Assembly (NCBI GenBank): GCA_000002445.1 | Contig: CP000069.1 | Coordinates: 992,001-1,056,000 of the forward strand | Origin: Trypanosoma brucei | Taxonomy: Eukaryota | Direction of reading: 5' to 3' | DNA: 64,000 nucleotides | Part shown: piece after piece, positions 46,418-59,414 of the stretch | Layout of the letters: every line of letters starts with the position of its first letter | How positions within the stretch are numbered: position 1 is the first letter of the stretch | Made by a program: the position numbers and the translations under genes | Notes under the pieces: generated by a model | Database searches by the model: none | What the model was told of the DNA's origin: nothing | Seen by the model: the letters and a program-made list of their open reading frames with translations, nothing else

Positions 46418-49400
46418 TTATATCGGTGGTGGCTCGTCATCATTTCCAACGGCACTTGTTGAAGCAAGTGTAATCGAAAGTAACTGTTGCTGATGGTTGT
46501 TACGATGCGTATTTTCCAAATAACCACCCACACGAGGCCCTGAAAGGAAGAGATCGTGGCTTTGCTCTTTATATTTTGCCCAGACAGGACTTGCTGAGAG
46601 GATCTCCTCCACGCGCTGACCATGAATGGGATCCTTCAGATCTGCGATTGCCTTAAGGACTTTAATGATAAGAGCCCGTACAGCCGCCGGAGCCTGATCT
46701 CCACACACTTCAGGGGTGAGTCCATTCTCTAACCATTCGAGTAAGCGCTGGACAAGTTGATTTTGAAGGGCGAGGCGTAAAATGTTAACACGAGAGGATG
46801 GACGGGAAAAAAGACGGCACAACATATCCATGAGAATCGGCAACTGCGATGGGTGGGACCGCTGGTATGCGAGGAGGGATGCGATAAGATCAAAGTTCGC
46901 CAAACTCTCTACACAAACAGGAGAACCACATTCTTCACGTACCAACTTCAGCGCATTCTCTGATACCACGTCTTCCGGCGATTCCATTAGTGTAAACAAC
47001 TTTTGGGCATATCCAAGGGAAACTATGTGATCCACCATCGAGCTAGTTGTTCGAAGCAGTGTGAGAGCTGAGTCGGCAACAAGTGTGAGGATTTCGGCAT
47101 TACGTTCCCCTGCAGAGCGACCACATTCCTCTGCGAAACGGCCCAACAGGGCTGAAAGAAATTCCTTCGGTTTCCGAACCACCCACCCCGATTGGCTCAA
47201 GTACCTCTTCAAGTACACACCGCCAACCTGCAACTCATCGATGTTCTCAACCATGATGCTCTCCGGCAAACTCCACGTGGCGCTGGGGGAGCGCTGCAAC
47301 AATGCAGCAATCTCTTCCTGATATGTGGTGCAATTATCCACAAAGCGAGCTCGGCGCTCTTTAGTCCACACCAACTCGGGAGTTTCCTGGTAGGTGTCGA
47401 GAAGCTGGCAGGCGGCCACGGGGTTCTCTTTCATGGTATCAAGTATAGCGTAAGGGAGCAATTTTAATATGTGCAGTGTCGCCTTTGGTCCCCACAATTT
47501 ATTTGTGCTTATTTTCACGAGAGCCAAACAGGCATCATTCCTACATTCTGGGTTCGTTGTCGTTGCAATAATGCGAAGCAGCAATACATACAAGCCACGA
47601 TCAAAGGCTTGCTGTACAAAAGCACACTCCGGAAGTGCCACATTGAGGAATGCAAGACAACATCGTTCCACTGCAACACCATCACGAACCATAGCCAACA
47701 ATACTTCGGTAACAGCTGTATCAACCCTACACATAGCCTCAAGACAGTTACGATGAAATGTAACCTTCTCCAAAAGCTCAGATGATTTGATTGTGATGGC
47801 GGTGTCCTTGTACGAAAGTAGTTTTAACAAAATAGCTACATATCGCTCCAGAACAGTTGCCACATCGGCGGTTTGGTACGCAACTACCAAGTTCTTCGCC
47901 GCCTCCACTACCATGAGCACGCCCTCAGAGGAGTTCTTACCAATCTGAGCCTGCAGGTACGCCATTAAAGCACTACAGAAGGCAGCAGGCTCCTCAATAG
48001 GGTAATTGGATTGCTCATTATATATTCGCACAAACAAATCACCCACAATAAGCTCATCCTTATGGAGTTTGTATATGAAGCGCTCATCGATGTTAAAAGG
48101 TAGATCATGAGTAACCATGCCACCGTTAAAGCACTTCTCAGAGTTTGAACCCACAATCTCCAACAACTGCTCACGTGTTTCGTTGTTCCACAATAGGTAT
48201 GGCGTTTCGTGATTTGTGTTGAGCATCTTCAAAATCTCTTCCTCTGCACCCGGAAGTTTTGACATCTTCTGGATTATAAATGGGGTTAGTAATCTCTTAA
48301 GCGCCGTGAACACTTTGGCATTGCTAGGCGTGTTCAAATAATCCTCAGATGGCACAATACCGGCCATAGCATATAGAGCCTGTAGCGCATAAACTGCCGC
48401 ACGGTTGGCGAAAAGTTGTGTATGATTTTCCTCCTGCATCTCGATTCCGCTCTGAACCAATGTCGAATCGTAACGGAAAAGGAGAAGTAAGAGATGCCAC
48501 ATCGCACCGTGTTGTATAACACGCTCCTGCAAAACGTCGTCCACGCACAACTCACGGCATGTTTGAATGCAGGCGCGGGAAAGTGCCAGCGCCTTATCGT
48601 ATGCGATGCCTTTGGCCGCAAAATGGCAGATCGTAGGTTCTAGATGAATGCGGCTACGGGATTCAGGGAACTTAGCAGCGACGGAGAACGTGAGCATGGT
48701 GTTACACAGTATCTTCACTTGCGTAAGGTCGTCGGTCGCAGCTGGTGTGAGTGTCTCGGAGCAACGCTGCATAACTGCTGAAAGTAAAGCTATTCCACCT
48801 TCCTCCTGAAGCTCATCAGCGTTAAGAGAAACATTACGCACGGTGTGATAACACAATTCCATTGCTGGTACCATGAGGACGGTGTCTTTGTGTAGCATGT
48901 TGGGGTCCTCATACTCCATCTTGACAAGTTTTAACAGGAGACTGTAACCAGCGTACTTGTAGCGACTCAGCGTTTCAGCATGACGTTTATACAGAATAGA
49001 TTGGGTTCGAAGAAGGAGGTCAATGTTATTTGGATCGGGTTCGCTTGACTCCAGCGTGTCTGACGCGAGAAACTCGTATGCTACCTGAATACGTTCGAAT
49101 TTATCACGTCCGTCTGGGTTTTTGTCAGGGTGATACTTTGCCGCGAGCTTAAAGTATGCCTTGCGCACCGTCTGCTGCGTGGCTCCCGTCGCCTCCGTAA
49201 TACCAAGTTCTGCCAAACAACCTTCACGACTGAGTCCACTCGGTTTCTTTTCTAGTTCACACTGCCACGCAATGAGAACTTCGCGCAATAGTGAAATAGG
49301 ATCGGCAATAGGCCAGTTTGGGTAGCGTAGTTCATCACACAAGTGTCGCAGATAATATTGTGAACAGAAAAGCTCGCGCTTAAGTTGCTCATATACTATG

Positions 49401-52400
49401 CCCACAATCGGACAATACTGATAAATGGCACGTATATTGCTGAAGAGCCTCGGTGTGAAGTCCGCAATATGACCTGCAATCTTTTCCATAAGATACCTCC
49501 GCATATTATTGTTCCAAATCGCCTCCGGCGTTTCGTACTCGCCCAACCAGATATCAGCAAAGCGCTCTGGGCCATGTGCTGTTAAAAAGCAAACGAGCGC
49601 GGGCGGTAGCATGGCACTTAGGACACTGCTCCGCACGATATCGTTGTTTCCACTTTGCTGGTGTACGGACTGCTTACAGTGTGAGAGGTGCAACAACCGA
49701 CAAAGTGGAATTACGTCGGAACCGGTGTACATCAGAGTAAAGAAGAATACACCAGTAAGGAAGAATTGCGGCATGTGTGGGTTTTCATCCATAAGGCTGT
49801 ACAATAATGTGTGAACACGGCTACAAATCGTGGGCTCGAATGTCAGTAGTAGTTGCACAACGTGGGGAAGAACCTGTGGACCTGACAAGAACCGTTTCAC
49901 CTGAGGAATGGGATACATTACAGCTCCATTCTCATCTCTCGACGGGTAGTGAGTACAGAGTAACTGTAGAATATCAAGGACAACGCATGATACTTCCGTG
50001 AAATTAAGCATTTTGTTACTACCACTCGCCACGAGACCCCAGCGAAGTTGATGTACGTCTTTAATTGGTAACCATCCCGACAACCCTTGCGCCCATACCT
50101 TTGTACTGTTGTTGACTGTGCCATCCTTGTACATCTGCTCCAACTTCGCATAAGACACTGGATCCCGCTTTTCTCCATCTTTTATATAGTACCACTCCTT
50201 CTCCTGATCGCGAAGGTCAACAGAGGACTCCCCACCGCACTCAATAGCATTGGTTGAGCAATGGATCTGTGGTCTATCAACATGCAGGTGGGCAATGGGG
50301 AGAAGCTCAACGAGAATTTTCAGGCCGTCACAACCAAGAAACAACTTGACATTCTGGCGGTTGCGCAACACTTGGAGCATAAATAGCAAAAGTTGATCAC
50401 GGAACAGTGGACAAAGGGTCGATTTCAGCAAATTTACCAAGTGTCCTATGTCGTTAAAGTGTCCAATAGCCCCATAGTAGTGCTCGTAGAGAATAGACAT
50501 GGCATTCAAACATTCCAACTGAATTTTTTGATCCTGTGAAAGCAGAAAGCGATGGTACACATCCGTGAAGAAATCCTTTGGCTTCGCAACAACCGGTTTC
50601 TTGGAATCAAAAAGCAACCGTAGGTAATGATCTCCAACCTTCAGTTCGTCTTCAAGACTGGGGTACCGCAACTCAAATTCACGGTAGTTCCACGCAATAA
50701 CCTTGTCGCGGCGCATCTCCATACCTGCCTTGAGGGCCTGCATTTCAGTTTCCAGCGCCTCTCGTAATTCATTGCGTGTTGTATGGTTCCAAATGAGATC
50801 CGGTCGAAGGTGGTCTTGTTTCAACTGGTAAAACATCATGTTCCAGTTAAGCGTAGGTTTAACGCGCACATTTCGTGGTCGAGTTTGCGCCGGACGAAAT
50901 GCCGCTTGCGTCGTCGTATGGCTCCCCGACACACGCGAAAGAACGTCACTTGGGTGAAAGCGTTTTTTAAACCAACCGTTTTTGGATTCCCAGTGGTCGC
51001 CAGACATGGCAACAACATTTTTTGTGGGTCCCTTTTCCATCTCGTCCTCCGGCGGTTCTTCCCGAGATTGCAGAAAATACAAAAATGCAGGTGGAACTAT
51101 GCAGCGCAGGAGGTCCTGCATATCGGAATTCTGATACGCCCAGTAAGCAATAAGTCTGCGCGCCAGGTCACGCACCTCGCGCTTCGTCCCGAAAATTGCT
51201 TCGTGTAGCTGCTTGAGTATTCCACCTTCGCTAAGTGATGCCCTCTGCATGGCGGTAAATTGTTCAGGCGTTCCTTCCTCGAGAATAGCGCGTATCAGTT
51301 GACCCGCACTGTAACTAGTGGCGTCACAACTGTACTGCAACAACGAAAACAATTCACTCCCGGCAACATCAACAAGTTGCTTCATAACAGCATGAAACAA
51401 CTTAGAATCTGTCGTATCACAGAATGGTGGACATAAGGCGTACACAAAGAAGTTGAGCAGCGCCTGAATGATAAGTGAAGCATTATCAGCCGCAGAATAG
51501 TCCCTTAGCATTCGTAAAATGTGGTTCATGAAACCCTCATTACCCAAAATTCGGTTCTTATTTGCCTCCTCATGGGTCACCTCGTAGTGGTCATGATGAG
51601 GTACCATCAATACGTTAATGAAGTCGATCATTGCATGAAAAACAGTGACATTGCTCATTTTTATGGCTTCTTCGCAGGCTGATTCAATACACTTGACAAG
51701 GGAAGGAACAATCGCTGCAGAACTAAATCCTGTGCGCGTCACGCACAGCCGGCGGAGGGCATAAAAATGCTGAGCGAACTCCAAGGGATTTCCGTTTTTA
51801 GGGAAATTCTCCAGCAATAACATTAACGCACTGAAGATCATCTTCTCCCGGTTTTCCGCGAACAACCCATCACTGTTCTCGGAGAAACGTGGACCACAAT
51901 GATCCACATTGGCATTAAAAAACTGCACAATATCAGTTAGTGAAAGGACCACTCCTCCCCCACTGTTGTTTGGATCAATAATACAATTGAGAAGTGTACT
52001 CTCAACCTCTTGTGAGACCAGTGCGCGTAACGGTGCAGTCCGTTTGCCGCGGTCCACGGTGGTTGCGACGACATGCATATTATGGTTCTGTGCGGAGCGG
52101 CAGCAGTCCACAAGATGAGACAAAAGTGCATCTCGCATGGGTGAGGTATACACTTTGCTCATCATCGGCACCGCGAATTGGATAATAAACCGTTGGTCAT
52201 CCCAGTCGCAACGTACAAGCGAGTGAATGCTGGTGAATGAAAAGAGACTCACTGTATTATACGTCTCGGGGTCCAGCTCTTGCAGATGATCTCGTGTTGT
52301 AACTAGTGCGCGACGCACCGGTATGTTGTTATGCTTTACACTGAGTTTCATGACCGGAAACTGAGCTGTCGGTATGAGGAGGTTGGCCTCCACACCCAGA

Positions 52401-53128
52401 CGACTCGTTTTGAATATGTGCGGACTCATCTCGGGAACGGCGTTTAGGGGAGGAAGACCAACAAACCGTTTGGAGAAGTCCGCAATATGCTCACGGATGA
52501 CCTTCGGGTTTGTAACTTCATAAAGGTGGGCTTTCATCAAGGGACCATAAAGTATTACGAGACTTGATGGGTTATCTTGAATGGAGGTGATCCCTCTTAT
52601 GTGCACGAAAAGATACTCACCAACAACGACCCCCTCCTCATTAATTTGTTCCACGGACACAGATGTAACGCGAAGTCGACAAGGCCTTTTTCTTTCATTA
52701 AAGCAGTATTTCTGGCAAACAAAAGAAAGTGAGTCTAGCTGGCTGCGGTACTTCATGTCGATGAGTGCACGGTACCGTTGAACATCCGTAAGTAACTCGG
52801 ATCGCTCCAAAGATGTGCTGCAGCTAAAGTTCATCACTTCCGACTTTCCTTTGCCAACGGTAGTTATAGCAAAATCTGTCTGGTTGTTTGGGTGAGGTGT
52901 GACGTCGATGAGTTGCGATCCGTAGTCCCACCTGTTTGTCACACGGAATATGCTCTGAGGATTTATTGTGGCAAGTTCCTTGCGACCAACGCAAAATATG
53001 CGCATGTATTTTCCCTTCCACGAACTCTTAATCACTGTGTGACGAGCAATGTAGTCATCCACTGGTTGACGCTCCCCCTCCTTGCCAGTTGGGACATCGG
53101 CCACGGACTCTGTTGGATGATTTTCCAT
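46418..53128 (-). CDS. RME-8 / DNAJC13 homologue (2236 aa): an endosomal J-domain protein with IWN repeats.
   Basis: ATG confirmed. A central J domain is present ([32 protein letters not shown]). Four IWN-type repeats are present ([60 protein letters not shown]). The size matches RME-8. Confidence 0.85.
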   Translation of the reverse strand: MENHPTESVADVPTGKEGERQPVDDYIARHTVIKSSWKGKYMRIFCVGRKELATINPQSIFRVTNRWDYGSQLIDVTPHPNNQTDFAITTVGKGKSEVMNFSCSTSLERSELLTDVQRYRALIDMKYRSQLDSLSFVCQKYCFNERKRPCRLRVTSVSVEQINEEGVVVGEYLFVHIRGITSIQDNPSSLVILYGPLMKAHLYEVTNPKVIREHIADFSKRFVGLPPLNAVPEMSPHIFKTSRLGVEANLLIPTAQFPVMKLSVKHNNIPVRRALVTTRDHLQELDPETYNTVSLFSFTSIHSLVRCDWDDQRFIIQFAVPMMSKVYTSPMRDALLSHLVDCCRSAQNHNMHVVATTVDRGKRTAPLRALVSQEVESTLLNCIIDPNNSGGGVVLSLTDIVQFFNANVDHCGPRFSENSDGLFAENREKMIFSALMLLLENFPKNGNPLEFAQHFYALRRLCVTRTGFSSAAIVPSLVKCIESACEEAIKMSNVTVFHAMIDFINVLMVPHHDHYEVTHEEANKNRILGNEGFMNHILRMLRDYSAADNASLIIQALLNFFVYALCPPFCDTTDSKLFHAVMKQLVDVAGSELFSLLQYSCDATSYSAGQLIRAILEEGTPEQFTAMQRASLSEGGILKQLHEAIFGTKREVRDLARRLIAYWAYQNSDMQDLLRCIVPPAFLYFLQSREEPPEDEMEKGPTKNVVAMSGDHWESKNGWFKKRFHPSDVLSRVSGSHTTTQAAFRPAQTRPRNVRVKPTLNWNMMFYQLKQDHLRPDLIWNHTTRNELREALETEMQALKAGMEMRRDKVIAWNYREFELRYPSLEDELKVGDHYLRLLFDSKKPVVAKPKDFFTDVYHRFLLSQDQKIQLECLNAMSILYEHYYGAIGHFNDIGHLVNLLKSTLCPLFRDQLLLFMLQVLRNRQNVKLFLGCDGLKILVELLPIAHLHVDRPQIHCSTNAIECGGESSVDLRDQEKEWYYIKDGEKRDPVSYAKLEQMYKDGTVNNSTKVWAQGLSGWLPIKDVHQLRWGLVASGSNKMLNFTEVSCVVLDILQLLCTHYPSRDENGAVMYPIPQVKRFLSGPQVLPHVVQLLLTFEPTICSRVHTLLYSLMDENPHMPQFFLTGVFFFTLMYTGSDVIPLCRLLHLSHCKQSVHQQSGNNDIVRSSVLSAMLPPALVCFLTAHGPERFADIWLGEYETPEAIWNNNMRRYLMEKIAGHIADFTPRLFSNIRAIYQYCPIVGIVYEQLKRELFCSQYYLRHLCDELRYPNWPIADPISLLREVLIAWQCELEKKPSGLSREGCLAELGITEATGATQQTVRKAYFKLAAKYHPDKNPDGRDKFERIQVAYEFLASDTLESSEPDPNNIDLLLRTQSILYKRHAETLSRYKYAGYSLLLKLVKMEYEDPNMLHKDTVLMVPAMELCYHTVRNVSLNADELQEEGGIALLSAVMQRCSETLTPAATDDLTQVKILCNTMLTFSVAAKFPESRSRIHLEPTICHFAAKGIAYDKALALSRACIQTCRELCVDDVLQERVIQHGAMWHLLLLLFRYDSTLVQSGIEMQEENHTQLFANRAAVYALQALYAMAGIVPSEDYLNTPSNAKVFTALKRLLTPFIIQKMSKLPGAEEEILKMLNTNHETPYLLWNNETREQLLEIVGSNSEKCFNGGMVTHDLPFNIDERFIYKLHKDELIVGDLFVRIYNEQSNYPIEEPAAFCSALMAYLQAQIGKNSSEGVLMVVEAAKNLVVAYQTADVATVLERYVAILLKLLSYKDTAITIKSSELLEKVTFHRNCLEAMCRVDTAVTEVLLAMVRDGVAVERCCLAFLNVALPECAFVQQAFDRGLYVLLLRIIATTTNPECRNDACLALVKISTNKLWGPKATLHILKLLPYAILDTMKENPVAACQLLDTYQETPELVWTKERRARFVDNCTTYQEEIAALLQRSPSATWSLPESIMVENIDELQVGGVYLKRYLSQSGWVVRKPKEFLSALLGRFAEECGRSAGERNAEILTLVADSALTLLRTTSSMVDHIVSLGYAQKLFTLMESPEDVVSENALKLVREECGSPVCVESLANFDLIASLLAYQRSHPSQLPILMDMLCRLFSRPSSRVNILRLALQNQLVQRLLEWLENGLTPEVCGDQAPAAVRALIIKVLKAIADLKDPIHGQRVEEILSASPVWAKYKEQSHDLFLSGPRVGGYLENTHRNNHQQQLLSITLASTSAVGNDDEPPPI

Positions 53129-53690
53129 CGCACGTCAACTTGCACTGATCGCTACCTTGCAGTTTTGGAATTTAAGATTGCTCTTTACAAGAAATGCGAA
53201 ATGCACGCACGCATGCGCAGAAAAAGAAGATATTATGTATAATTTATTTGAAAAAAGAAAGAGAAAATCTAACACTGAAGCACTAGATGTATCTTTTCCG
53301 CTTCGAATAGCTCACCTCACGTAATTTGTGATACAAGAAGAGCCGTATCGTCATGCAGAAAATATACACACATCGATACATTTCCAACATTAACAGTTTA
53401 TCAACACATGCATTTACTCGGCAAGTTATTTTTCCCCCACCAAATTGGCCAGTTTACTCGCGGTTCCTGTTTCCTTTAGGGATCACTTTCACAAAAAAAA
53501 AGAGTTGTTGTCAGTGAAGAACAACGACAAACCCAACAGGGGAAAAAAAACAACGGGAAGGAAAGGTAGCGTGAAAGGACTTAGAAACAACCTAGTGATT
53601 TCTATGCAACTGTTGATTAACCAAGAAGGTTGTAAGCACCTACTTGTTGCCACTGTGTACAAATAACGACATTTCATTCACTTAACTTCC

Positions 53691-55298
53691 CTATTTGCAC
53701 CGCCTGCGGCGCGTCGACGACCAGTAAAGCAACACAGTTCCCACAGCTGTTGCCATCAACAAAGCAGAGGCAATCCGGCCTTTTCGGGTTCTAAATGGAG
53801 CAGTAGCGAATCCCACTGCATCTGCTGAAAGGCGCTCCCACCGGCTGCGCAACACCCGACCCATCACACTGTACTTTGTTGCTGATGTAATGACCACTAC
53901 CACGCTCTCCCCCATCCGTGCTTGCGCAGGATCAACAAGTACTTGAACGTAGTTTTTCGTATGTCCAACTAGATGGTGCTTGTCGTGTGCGGTTTCTAGT
54001 AGCGTAACGTTGTGCACCTCACCAACCATCGAATCGAACGTACGATAAGAATTGAAGAAGTTAGTTAACTCTGTGGTACGATGTTTAGCAACATCTGTTG
54101 GGATCTGCTTCATGGCTGCCGCTGGGGTGTTCCGCCGTGGGTAGAAACGTGTGATGTTTATCACTTCGAACTTAGCTCTCTTGCATAGTTCCATCGTTTC
54201 CTGCCATTCTGATTCGCCCTCACCGGGAAAGGCACAAATAATGTCGGTGGCAACTGTAGCCTTCGGAACTGCAGCGCGGATACTGTCGATGCACATAAAG
54301 AACTCTTCAACAGTATACTCACGTAGCATGGTTTGAAGAATGCTGTCAGAACCGGATTGCACAGGGATATGAACGAACTCGTACACGTTTGGATGCTTCA
54401 GAACAGTCGCAAAGCCATCGACATGTCTCAACAGGTAAGGTGGATTACTCATACCAACACGCAGCATCACATCAGTTCCCTCCAACTCTACCGCAACGGC
54501 CCGTAGTAAATAAACTACATCCGTACCTATATCAATACCGTAGGCACCCGAGTCCTCTGATGTAAGTCTGATTTCCTTCACACCATCCCTCACCACTTCT
54601 CGCACCCTATCGACAATCACCTCCACTGGGTAGCTCCGCAAGTCCCCCCGAGCTTGCTTTGTTTTGCAATACGTACAGTTATTTAAGCAGCCCACACTAA
54701 TGGGAATAATTTCGATGTATTTATTCCGACGAACCTTAGGAAGGTCAAGCGCTGGGAGTTCATTAGATTCATTCGACTGTCGTTGGTCCTCCGTTTCACC
54801 TAGCAACCGCACGCAGTTACCTTGCAACGCCTCCTGAACAACATAACTAACGCAGTCAATGCTTCTGACACCAACAACACTTACGTCTCCCCATTGTTTG
54901 TTTGTGGGGTCCGCCTGTGGGACACAACCGGCGACAATAAGTGGTTTCCCGGTGTCTCGCACACGATTCATCATACTGACAAAATGTTCCTCACTTGGAT
55001 TCTTGACGGTGCAGGAATTAAGAAGATAGGCGTCAGCTTGCCCAAATTCGTCGGTGACGTTGTACCCCGATTCCACAAGTTGTCCAGCCATATACTCACC
55101 GTCACTTACATTGTGGCCGCAACCAAACGTATGAACAAAAATAGTGGCATTTCCAGGGATTCCTGGCCCGTAGTCCTCGCGAACGACACGACGACGTCGA
55201 CTGTTAACATTTTGTGCGCAGTTCCCTCGAGGAGCACTTAAGGAACTGTTGCAGAAGAAATCCTCGATATCTCCCTCTCGCGCACTGTTTCTCTTCAT
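53691..55298 (-). CDS. CDKAL1-type tRNA methylthiotransferase (radical SAM MTTase) with a C-terminal membrane anchor.
   Basis: The track start at 55397 is TTG, and the first ATG is at 55296-55298 (MKRNSAREG). An MTTase N-domain is present (GCGHNVSDGEYMAGQL...NSCTVK). A radical-SAM CxxxCxxC appears as CLNNCTYCKTKQARGDLRSYP. The C-terminus is a hydrophobic helix (ALLMATAVGTVLLYW). Confidence 0.75.
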   Translation of the reverse strand: MKRNSAREGDIEDFFCNSSLSAPRGNCAQNVNSRRRRVVREDYGPGIPGNATIFVHTFGCGHNVSDGEYMAGQLVESGYNVTDEFGQADAYLLNSCTVKNPSEEHFVSMMNRVRDTGKPLIVAGCVPQADPTNKQWGDVSVVGVRSIDCVSYVVQEALQGNCVRLLGETEDQRQSNESNELPALDLPKVRRNKYIEIIPISVGCLNNCTYCKTKQARGDLRSYPVEVIVDRVREVVRDGVKEIRLTSEDSGAYGIDIGTDVVYLLRAVAVELEGTDVMLRVGMSNPPYLLRHVDGFATVLKHPNVYEFVHIPVQSGSDSILQTMLREYTVEEFFMCIDSIRAAVPKATVATDIICAFPGEGESEWQETMELCKRAKFEVINITRFYPRRNTPAAAMKQIPTDVAKHRTTELTNFFNSYRTFDSMVGEVHNVTLLETAHDKHHLVGHTKNYVQVLVDPAQARMGESVVVVITSATKYSVMGRVLRSRWERLSADAVGFATAPFRTRKGRIASALLMATAVGTVLLYWSSTRRRRCK

Positions 55299-55813
55299 TG
55301 TCGCCACCACAAAGGAACGGACCACTAGACTCGTTGAAAAAAAAAAGGAAAAAACAAACACCGGAATAAATAAGAGTATAAACGAATTGTGGATCAACAG
55401 AAAAAAACACTAGTTTCTTCCAACGGGTGGAAATAAAATTGCCCTAGTCGTGAACATTATTGCAGAGAAAACGGTACGCCTCGGGTTTAGTCACACGGAT
55501 ACTCAGAATAAAACTCAACTCATTTCCCTCCAGTCAGAGAGACTATATGTCCTCCGATCATTGCAATTCCTTTCATCATGTAAACACAAGATATTTTTTC
55601 GCTTTATATTGATGAAGCGCGTGAAAGTGTTAGTTCCATCACAAGCAACAAAGCGGTTCAGTGGTTCCAGCGATTGAGAGTGGTGGAAATGGCCGCTGGT
55701 GGATTGAATCAACAATCGGTTGTTCAGCCGGCGCGAGTAGCAAAGAGACACAAACACTTATCAGGGTTCAATGGAAAGGGAGCCCTCGTTGGGCCACATG
55801 ATTTCTCGGTAAG

Positions 55814-57766
55814 TCAGTCCTCTGCACGGGGAAAGTATAAGCGCAATATAAATGAAGTCATCAGGAATATGACATCCGCTACAAGTAGTAAAATCAAAAA
55901 CACGTCCGATCCCAAAATAAAAAGTCGGTGACGCCTTCCCTTGATGTTCGCCAGTTGCTGAAGAAGGGCGTCGCTTTTGGCGATGAACCATGAAAAAATT
56001 TTTTCGGAAGAGTTTTGGCGCTCGGCAATCTCGTGATAATCATGAAGCCACCCCATTTCCCACAAAAAGTCGGGAGTGTCAAAAAATTCTGTGATTGCCA
56101 TGTTGGCTATGTGCAACTCCCCCTCGAGACGTGTGATTTGTTGCTGCGCCGAAAAGTAGTCAAAAAAACCACGAATCTCAGAAGGGATTTGTAACACCTC
56201 CTTGTGAAACTTGTGAGTCATGTTGTCGAAAAAATCCACCACTGATATGCGACCAAGGGCGTACGACACAGTCAGCATAACTTGAGATCGTAGAGGGTTG
56301 CTGCGAGGAATAAGATAATGATCAAAACACAGATTTGTAGAGAAACGATCCAGCGCTTGCCTTCTCCCCAACTGTGTCGTCGCATCGTAGTTTTCATCCA
56401 ACTCGTATGAGTGCCACATTGGGAACAACTCATCAATACTTTTTTGTGTGTGTCGTTCCTGTATGGCCTCATTCACAAATGAGGGGTCCGCAGAGAGAAA
56501 ATCATCTTCTACGAGCCAATGGTCACAACGGTTCATTCCCCACCATACCACTACACCACCGGGAAACAAAAAGAGGTCAAACGTATCAAAGGAAGAAACA
56601 TGCAACACGTCATGAATAATCGCAGCCCGGTAACCACGACGCTTGTATAGAGAAGAGAGTAACTCAAGATCGAATTTCCGTGCTACATAACTGCAACTGA
56701 CGCTCCCAATGCGGTTTGACATGGCATGGTAACCGCTGTGGCCACGCAACCGACGTCGTCCTTTGGCTGCTTTGAGTGGTTTGCGCATCGTTACACGGTC
56801 ATCCAGTGGAGAGACGGCGAATATCGACTGGTAGCCTTGTAGGTACTCGAGGACTGTTCCATTAGCTTCAGCAAACCGCTCTTCCCAATTTAATTCTTCA
56901 TGAATGAGCTGCAGTGTTACGCGCCCTGGTTCATTATTGGCTATGATGTTAATGATGTAGTTACGCGGGTCTTCAGGTGATTCATATTTCATTCTCTCAG
57001 CTACGGCACTATTTCCGTCCGTCGCAGCGTCACTTTGGCGCACTACCGTACCACTCACCAACTTCTCTTCAGAGGATTCCGCATGAACTTCCGGTCGGGG
57101 TTCCACAACTGCCGTATATGAGCGTAGAGAAGTGGACCTCATTTCTATGGATGCAGGTGAAGATGAACCACTACGGTTCCCTCGCGACCGTGTCACATGC
57201 TTCACCGTCGGTTCCAGAAGCGATGGCTGATGTAACAGATGATCCTCATCCACTGTTGTGTCTGTGTCACAGTGCGGTGGCTGTTGGTAGTAATATTCCC
57301 AGTGCTTTCCGGTTAAAGAGTTTAAACATTGTGTATCGGACTCACTCCGCAAACCGTGCGGATCAGCAAGGAAGTATCGCGTCGTTTGGCTCATGTTCGG
57401 AGTTTGGTACAATTGATGCCTTGCTGGAGGTTCTCCCTCCTGGATCTCATCGCTGGGGGCTGGAGTGCCCCCAGGGCTCCTCAAACTCATACGCCGTGAC
57501 AATCCGGTGCCTCCTTGAATTTGAAAGGGTTGATCGATAGCTATCGCGTAATCCGTAGCCATGATTCCCGTGATACTACTAACTTCACTACTCCCTCTTC
57601 TCACTCTCAAAATTAGAGGCGGTTCATCCCCATGACTGTGATCATCTCTCACAGGACCCTCATGCCACAAAACTGATTGACTGTTACTCGGATCATAAGT
57701 AAACACACTCGAAGGCGGGTGCGGATTCAGCTTTTGACTATCCTCGTGATCCTCTTTTTGGTTCAT
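55814..57766 (-). CDS. DUF155 / RMND1 (Rmd1)-like protein with a C-terminal transmembrane helix (650 aa).
   Basis: ATG confirmed. A core FLFPGGVVVWWGMN plus downstream conserved block resembles DUF155. The C-terminus is hydrophobic (LFILGSDVFLILLLVADVIFLM). Confidence 0.45.
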   Translation of the reverse strand: MNQKEDHEDSQKLNPHPPSSVFTYDPSNSQSVLWHEGPVRDDHSHGDEPPLILRVRRGSSEVSSITGIMATDYAIAIDQPFQIQGGTGLSRRMSLRSPGGTPAPSDEIQEGEPPARHQLYQTPNMSQTTRYFLADPHGLRSESDTQCLNSLTGKHWEYYYQQPPHCDTDTTVDEDHLLHQPSLLEPTVKHVTRSRGNRSGSSSPASIEMRSTSLRSYTAVVEPRPEVHAESSEEKLVSGTVVRQSDAATDGNSAVAERMKYESPEDPRNYIINIIANNEPGRVTLQLIHEELNWEERFAEANGTVLEYLQGYQSIFAVSPLDDRVTMRKPLKAAKGRRRLRGHSGYHAMSNRIGSVSCSYVARKFDLELLSSLYKRRGYRAAIIHDVLHVSSFDTFDLFLFPGGVVVWWGMNRCDHWLVEDDFLSADPSFVNEAIQERHTQKSIDELFPMWHSYELDENYDATTQLGRRQALDRFSTNLCFDHYLIPRSNPLRSQVMLTVSYALGRISVVDFFDNMTHKFHKEVLQIPSEIRGFFDYFSAQQQITRLEGELHIANMAITEFFDTPDFLWEMGWLHDYHEIAERQNSSEKIFSWFIAKSDALLQQLANIKGRRHRLFILGSDVFLILLLVADVIFLMTSFILRLYFPRAED

Positions 57767-58571
57767 TGGTTAATACTTCGCTTCCCTTCCGTTGCAGCAC
57801 GGACAAAGCCGTTAATTCCCCCCACAGTCTGCACTATTACACAATGAGGAATTGAAAAGTTGAAAGATTCAAGAAAAGGGAAAGTGACACCAAAAAAGAA
57901 AAATAAATAAATAGAGAATCGTAGTAGTAAATAAATATTCTGCCTCAAGATCACATTTTGTCTTCTTTAATTTCACATCAAATATCCTTCTTCGTCAGTA
58001 CAGACATCATAAGTAAAAGGAGAACCATCACCCCTCCGCTACTTCGATAGTGTTAATCTATTGATGATGCACCGAACACCCACACTCCCCACAAAAAGAG
58101 AATTTCAATTTCATAACATCGTCCGCAGTTAAACACGAGGAGGCGCGGCATTCGAACAGCGACATGCTACCCCCCCCCCAAAAAAAAAAAAATAATAATA
58201 ATAGGTCTCATACCAATAACAGAAACTGAAGCACAGCGTGGTACTGTGAGAATACAACTGAAACAATGTACGGTATCAGTTGCAGTAATCAAGAGTTCAC
58301 CTAACACTCGTTGTTATTCCACTTATTCACAATCATGGTGACTAGATGATGCGCAATTTTCAGTCCTCAGATGCAGCTAATATTTATGTCACGCGTAGCT
58401 TCCCCTACACTGTGTAGGTATAGCACAAATATTGTGAAAACATGCTGGGTATTTCAGCGGAATGGCAGGTTATATTAAGCTCAAGGTGGCGCTAAGCATA
58501 TAAATGAAAGCACATCCATAAACGTTACAGAAGCAAAGACTAGTACTAATCTTCCCGGACCCACGCATTTT

Positions 58572-59414
58572 TCAATATCCAAAGCCCGCGCGGGGACCAT
58601 GATGGCGTGCTAAAAGGGACTGTAAAAGAGAAAAGACCCCGAAGCTAACTGCCATCATTGGCACCTCCTTCCGTAAAGTTGGCATAAGGCCCCTGCAGAT
58701 TGCAGAGTCATGAATAACAGTCTGTTGGTAAAAATGGGCAGAGAGTGGATAACAGACGGTAGAAGCCACAGCCGCAGCCACTCCGCCAACAACAGTGTGT
58801 CCAACACCAACGGTGAAATGATTTACAAAATTTATAATCTCTTTTCCACTGGAATCCCTCTCCACACGTAGAGGTAAAATGCGGTTGCGCTCGCAGAAAC
58901 GTCGTAATCCCTCAAAGACAGTCAGCAGAGTGCCGAAGTAAACAGCATTTACCATAAGTGGAGGCGTGGTATAGAAGAATTGCAATATGGTTTTGCTTCG
59001 AAATATCTGACATGTTTTCCTAAAACTGTCACCAGTGCGTAGGCACTCGTCCGATACACGATTTATAGGGTTACATATGAGCCTCATGACGAAACCAGCA
59101 ACAGCACCAATCATGAAAGTCGTAAAGGCTTTATACGGTGGGTTAACTTCGGTACCGGGAAGGAGCCGAGCAGAAACGGGGACATAAAACCACATGAGAA
59201 TTCCAAACTGTGGGGCACGCCGCTGCAGTGCCCTTTTTGGTCCTTTATTCCCTCCTTCATCAAAAGGAAGGGCCACTGCCCGTCCTGCCAAACCCGCCAT
59301 GCTTCCGGTGACAAGAACTAGAGGGTCACGAAGCACTGCGAGCTTCTGTCGCTCAATTTTATGCAATCGTTCAAAGGTTGTACCGATCCCACCCACAACA
59401 GTAGTGAGAACCAT
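58572..59414 (-). CDS. Divergent mitochondrial-carrier-family-like membrane protein (280 aa).
   Basis: ATG confirmed. Three repeats each have a Gly-rich helix followed by Pro (TGSMAGLAGRAVALPFDEG, GAVAGFVMRLICNPINRV, GGVAAAVASTVCYPLSAHF). They resemble MCF odd helices, but the PxD/ExxK/R salt-bridge residues are degenerate. Confidence 0.45.
   Translation of the reverse strand: MVLTTVVGGIGTTFERLHKIERQKLAVLRDPLVLVTGSMAGLAGRAVALPFDEGGNKGPKRALQRRAPQFGILMWFYVPVSARLLPGTEVNPPYKAFTTFMIGAVAGFVMRLICNPINRVSDECLRTGDSFRKTCQIFRSKTILQFFYTTPPLMVNAVYFGTLLTVFEGLRRFCERNRILPLRVERDSSGKEIINFVNHFTVGVGHTVVGGVAAAVASTVCYPLSAHFYQQTVIHDSAICRGLMPTLRKEVPMMAVSFGVFSLLQSLLARHHGPRAGFGY

Noticed and set aside
46782-52185. Numerous 60-140 aa plus-strand ORFs antisense to the RME-8 gene, and similar ones antisense to the other large genes.
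   Set aside because: They have no motifs and lie wholly inside a long, well-supported minus-strand CDS. This is the expected background for a 6.7 kb ORF.
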